NCBI GenBank assembly: GCA_903919145.1 | Contig: CAIXGW010000036.1 | Span: forward strand, 13,314-77,313 | From: an uncultured Myxococcales bacterium | GTDB lineage: Bacteria > Myxococcota_A > UBA9042 | Direction of reading: 5' to 3' | Length of the DNA stretch: 64,000 nucleotides | In this document: piece by piece, positions 61,606 through 64,000 of the stretch | Layout: the number at the start of each line of letters is the position of its first letter | Numbering within the stretch: position 1 is the stretch's first letter | Made by a program: the position numbers and the translations under genes | The notes under the pieces: model-generated | Databases searched by the model: none | Seen by the model: only the letters and a program-made list of their open reading frames with translations | Told to the model about the DNA's origin: nothing

Positions 61606-61839
61606 ATGCGCACCACTCTTGACATCGACGACGATGTGCTCCAGGCAGCCAAGGAACTGGCGCACCGCGCCGGCAAGACGGCTGGGGCGGTGCTGTCTGA
61701 GCTGGCGCGTTCCGCGCTGCTCCATCCGCCTGGGCCAGCGGCCGCCAGCGCCAGCGTGCTGGGCTTCGAGCCCTTTGCGTCGCGCGGCAAGGTCGTGACG
61801 ACGGAGCTCGTCCGGCGCCTGCAAGACGAAGAAGACTGA
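61606..61839 (+). CDS. vapB: type II antitoxin, VapB family
   Basis: MRTTLDIDDDVLQAAKELAHRAGKTAGAVLSELARSAL is the typical VapB N-terminus. The stop is 2 nt before the PIN toxin gene start. Confidence 0.75.
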   Translation: MRTTLDIDDDVLQAAKELAHRAGKTAGAVLSELARSALLHPPGPAAASASVLGFEPFASRGKVVTTELVRRLQDEED

Positions 61840-61841
61840 TC

Positions 61842-62297
61842 ATGCGCTTCCTGCTAGACGTCAATGTTCTCATCGCATTACTTGATGCCGACCATCTGCG
61901 GCACTCGGATGCAAGGGCATGGATGCTTGCCAATGGTGCCGCCGGCTGGGCCTCGTGCACGCTGACGCAGAATGGCTGCCTGCGCATCATGGCGTCACCG
62001 GCGTACCCGGGTGCCTTGCCCGTCGCAGCGGTCGCGGAACGGTTGCGCAAGGCCACCGCCCACCCCGCGCACGAATTCTGGGCTTGCGACATTTCTCTGC
62101 TGGACACCCGCATGGTCAGCCCGCTGCACTTGCTTGGCCCGAGCCATCTGACCGATATCTATTTGCTGGCGCTGGCAGTTCGCCACGGTGGCCGCTTGGT
62201 CACCATGGACACGCGCATCAGCTTGGGCGCGGTAGTAGGCGCCCGTCCAGAGCATCTGGTGGTGTTGGGGAAGAACGGTGGTAGACCGACGACGTAG
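61842..62297 (+). CDS. vapC: type II toxin, PIN-domain VapC family
   Basis: MRFLLDVNVLIALLDADH...SCTLTQNGCLRIM...LTDIYLLALAVRHGGRLVTMD carries the PIN acidic residues (D6, D104-region, D at ...TMD). Confidence 0.85.
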   Translation: MRFLLDVNVLIALLDADHLRHSDARAWMLANGAAGWASCTLTQNGCLRIMASPAYPGALPVAAVAERLRKATAHPAHEFWACDISLLDTRMVSPLHLLGPSHLTDIYLLALAVRHGGRLVTMDTRISLGAVVGARPEHLVVLGKNGGRPTT

Positions 62298-62333
62298 CGG
62301 CGGGCCGCTTGCGTGCGGCGGCGTCTAGGGAAA

Positions 62334-62345
62334 GGATCGGCATAG
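62334..62345 (+). repeat. 12-nt direct repeat GGATCGGCATAG, copy 1
   Basis: Exact 12-mer repeated at 62480-62491. Adjacent to an A/T-rich patch at 62341-62370 (10 G+C of 30 by my count). Confidence 0.6.
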
Positions 62346-62479
62346 TACGATTTGATTTCAAGTAATTGCGAGAGGTGCTGCGCGAGGGGCTCTGGGCAAT
62401 CTTCCGTGCCAGCGGGGCTCGATCGAAGCGAGACGCTTTGGCCTAAGGCCGGCGTCCAGATACGAGCGTCACCCTGTTT

Positions 62480-62491
62480 GGATCGGCATAG
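62480..62491 (+). repeat. 12-nt direct repeat GGATCGGCATAG, copy 2
   Basis: Exact copy of 62334-62345, 146 nt downstream, in the vapC-MNT intergenic region. Confidence 0.6.
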
Positions 62492-62580
62492 GGACCGCGG
62501 GCTCATCACCTGCCGCAAATCCTGCCCCTCCCTTGCCAGTGCCACCGGCGATGCTAGCCCCAGGCCAGGAGGACGTGACC

Positions 62581-62901
62581 ATGCGGCTGAGCCCGGAATT
62601 CACTGCAGACATCGCTCGCCGCGTCTACGCGGTGCCCGAGGTGCGAGAGGTGTTTCTCTTCGGTTCGCAGGCGCGCGGGCAGGCCCGATCAGACAGCGAC
62701 ATCGACCTCGTTGTCGTGTACGGCGGGCCGGCCACGAGGTCTGCGGTGGGTGCGGCGGTCCGCCTCCAGCTGTGGGGACTGCCGTTTGGCTTTGACCTCT
62801 TGGTGTTGACCGAGGACCGGTGGAGCAAGCTGCCGGCCTCGCGTGCCTGGTTCGACCGCGAGTTGCTTCGCGATGCCGTGAGGCTCGATGCGGTGGCGTG
62901 A
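62581..62901 (+). CDS. nucleotidyltransferase-domain protein (MNT-type antitoxin-like)
   Basis: ATG 62581 after AGGAGG. VREVFLFGSQARGQARSDSDIDLVVVY is the GSxxRGx(5-6)SDxDL minimal-nucleotidyltransferase motif. Confidence 0.75.
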   Translation: MRLSPEFTADIARRVYAVPEVREVFLFGSQARGQARSDSDIDLVVVYGGPATRSAVGAAVRLQLWGLPFGFDLLVLTEDRWSKLPASRAWFDRELLRDAVRLDAVA

Positions 62902-62919
62902 ACGACGAGAAGTGATGGC

Positions 62920-63114
62920 GTGGTGGGCGTGGCGGCAGAACGGGCGGGCGATTTACTGATCGAGGCTTGTTCGCGATTGACGCTGTACGGCGTGGGGCCT
63001 CGGTATCCCGGGCCGAGTGGTGAGGCCTCGGACGATGACGCCCGCGACGCTATAGCCAATGCGGAGGTCGTGGTCGCGTGGGCTGAGGCGGAGTTGGAGC
63101 GGATGGAATCTTGA
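62920..63114 (+). pseudogene. truncated HEPN-domain remnant (C-terminal half only)
   Basis: The 64-codon ORF LIEACSRLTLYGVGPRYPGPSGEASDDDARDAIANAEVVVAWAEAEL resembles the C-terminal ...RYP... helix pair of HEPN partners of MNT proteins. There is no room for the N-terminal helices between the MNT stop (62901) and this ORF. Confidence 0.45.
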
Positions 63115-63157
63115 GCCCGCTCTGGGTCCCGACAGGTGCGGATCGCGGCATGCCCGG

Positions 63158-63583
63158 CTACTTCCTTGGGATCGCCCGGACTGCGGCGACCGCGGTCGGT
63201 GGCAGTCCTGACATTAGCCTTTTCACGAAATGGCCCTGAGTCGTTCTGCTCGGTGACGCCATTGGGTCGTCGTAAATCTCGCGTTGCCCGGCGCCGCCGC
63301 AACCCGTCTTCACAAAGTGCAGGAAGTCCTCGATCGGCAGATTCCAGCGCGCATTGACTTGGAAGTACATGATGTCCAGGTTCTCTCCGCCGGCCGGCGT
63401 GCGTCGATGTAGTCGCAGCTGTGTCGGTCCGGGCACCTCCAAGGTCGGGTTCGCCAAACCGCGGAACGCAGCCCACAGCTGCTGGCACGGCCCGGCGCGC
63501 TGCGGGCAATCGCGGCAGAACTTGTTCTGGCCAGGGCTGCCGTCGCCTTGCCAATTCACGCAGAAATTCAGATCCATGTGCAA
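63158..63583 (-). pseudogene. downstream half of a Cys/Gly-rich ORF, out of frame with the upstream half (63607..64000)
   Basis: DLNFCVNWQGDGSPGQNKFCRDCPQRAGPCQQLW...NLDIMYFQVNARWNLPIEDFLHFVKTG looks protein-like, but the C-terminal 40 aa look like noise. Only a TTG start. Separated from the upstream ORF by one stop and a 1-nt frame offset. Confidence 0.3.
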
Positions 63584-63606
63584 GTCCTTGCCGCGCAGCC
63601 GCGGAG

Positions 63607-64000
63607 TTACGGGCCGATAAGAATGCGGAACCCACTGGGGTTCGGATCGGTCAACTCGAGATTGCTAGCCGCTCCAGTGCGGTACGGCGCATACGCGGCG
63701 CCGCCGCAAAATCCGTGCCAAACGAACCCGGGTTGCTCGATTGCCTGACCAACGGCCCCAAATCCGCAGATTCCAGGTTGCGTGCCACAGCCATTACCAA
63801 AAGTTCCGCCTGGTTGGACTGCGATGCAGTAGCCGGACCCGAAGCAGGCATTGGTGTCATAGCAGTCCGCCGGTCCGGGTAGCCCTGCCAACCGCCCATA
63901 GGTATAGGTCAGCTTGTCCGCGCCGTAGGCTGTCAGCTTTGGATTACCCGTTGGATAGCTCGCTAGCGTCATCGACCCATCAGCAGTCTTGCGGCAGGCC
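63607..64000 (-). CDS. Cys/Gly-rich hypothetical protein fragment (open to the right window edge)
   Basis: The track ORF starts at ATG 63972, but the frame stays open to position 63997 (ACRKTADGSMTLASYPTG...). CYDTNACFGSGYCIAVQPGGTFGNGCGTQPGICGFG...WHGFCGGAAYAPY. No family recognised. Confidence 0.35.
   Translation of the reverse strand, partial: ACRKTADGSMTLASYPTGNPKLTAYGADKLTYTYGRLAGLPGPADCYDTNACFGSGYCIAVQPGGTFGNGCGTQPGICGFGAVGQAIEQPGFVWHGFCGGAAYAPYRTGAASNLELTDPNPSGFRILIGP

Noticed and set aside
1-64000. tRNA, rRNA, tmRNA, RNase P, SRP RNA and CRISPR arrays
   Set aside because: I scanned by eye for T-loop GGTTCGAATCC-type strings, rRNA-like conserved blocks, GAGGAAAGTCCGGGC (RNase P) and regularly spaced 28-37 nt repeats, and found none. 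This is a by-eye negative, not a tool result.

Overview
GC-rich (about two-thirds G+C by eye) bacterial chromosomal segment. The gene content resembles Myxococcota: an AgmX/PglI-type C-terminal domain protein, a Cys-rich-repeat exoprotein, two Ser/Thr kinases plus a CotH kinase, a TPR-CHAT protein, many lipoproteins and GT-C glycosyltransferases. This taxonomic guess is inference only. I support about 47 protein-coding genes, mostly in tightly packed co-directional operons, several with 4-nt start/stop overlaps. Most other long ORFs in the six-frame track are Arg/Ala/Gly/Pro-rich shadow frames of these genes. I found no rRNA, tRNA or CRISPR array by eye, and no convincing intrinsic terminator. 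All domain calls come from motifs recognised by eye in the translations, with no searches run. Housekeeping-type genes are serC, a PiT phosphate transporter with its DUF47 partner, a GH13 amylase, an L,D-transpeptidase, a DTW protein, a TlpA-like redoxin, a HAD phosphatase and DUF808. Accessory-type content is an IS200/RAYT-like Y1 (HUH) transposase, vapBC, a decayed MNT/HEPN pair, PIN-PhoH2 and a partial dnd-associated-methyltransferase-like gene. The most unusual signal is a dispersed 45-52 nt nucleotide element, not a gene. It has a G-run, an ACCC[A/T]ATGT[T/C]A core and conserved downstream offsets. There are 9 clear and about 6 weaker copies in 64 kb. Nearly all are co-oriented with local transcription. 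Two bracket the Y1 transposase gene in inverted orientation, several sit exactly on translation start regions of envelope-protein genes, and several lie in frame inside CDSs as A/T-rich, rare-codon patches. Other points worth a second look are a CotH kinase / transglutaminase-like / pseudo-transglutaminase operon, a 7.6-kb envelope redox-like cluster, a hemerythrin / TetR-DUF2249 fusion / membrane protein module with a palindromic operator, and an apparently leaderless vapBC.
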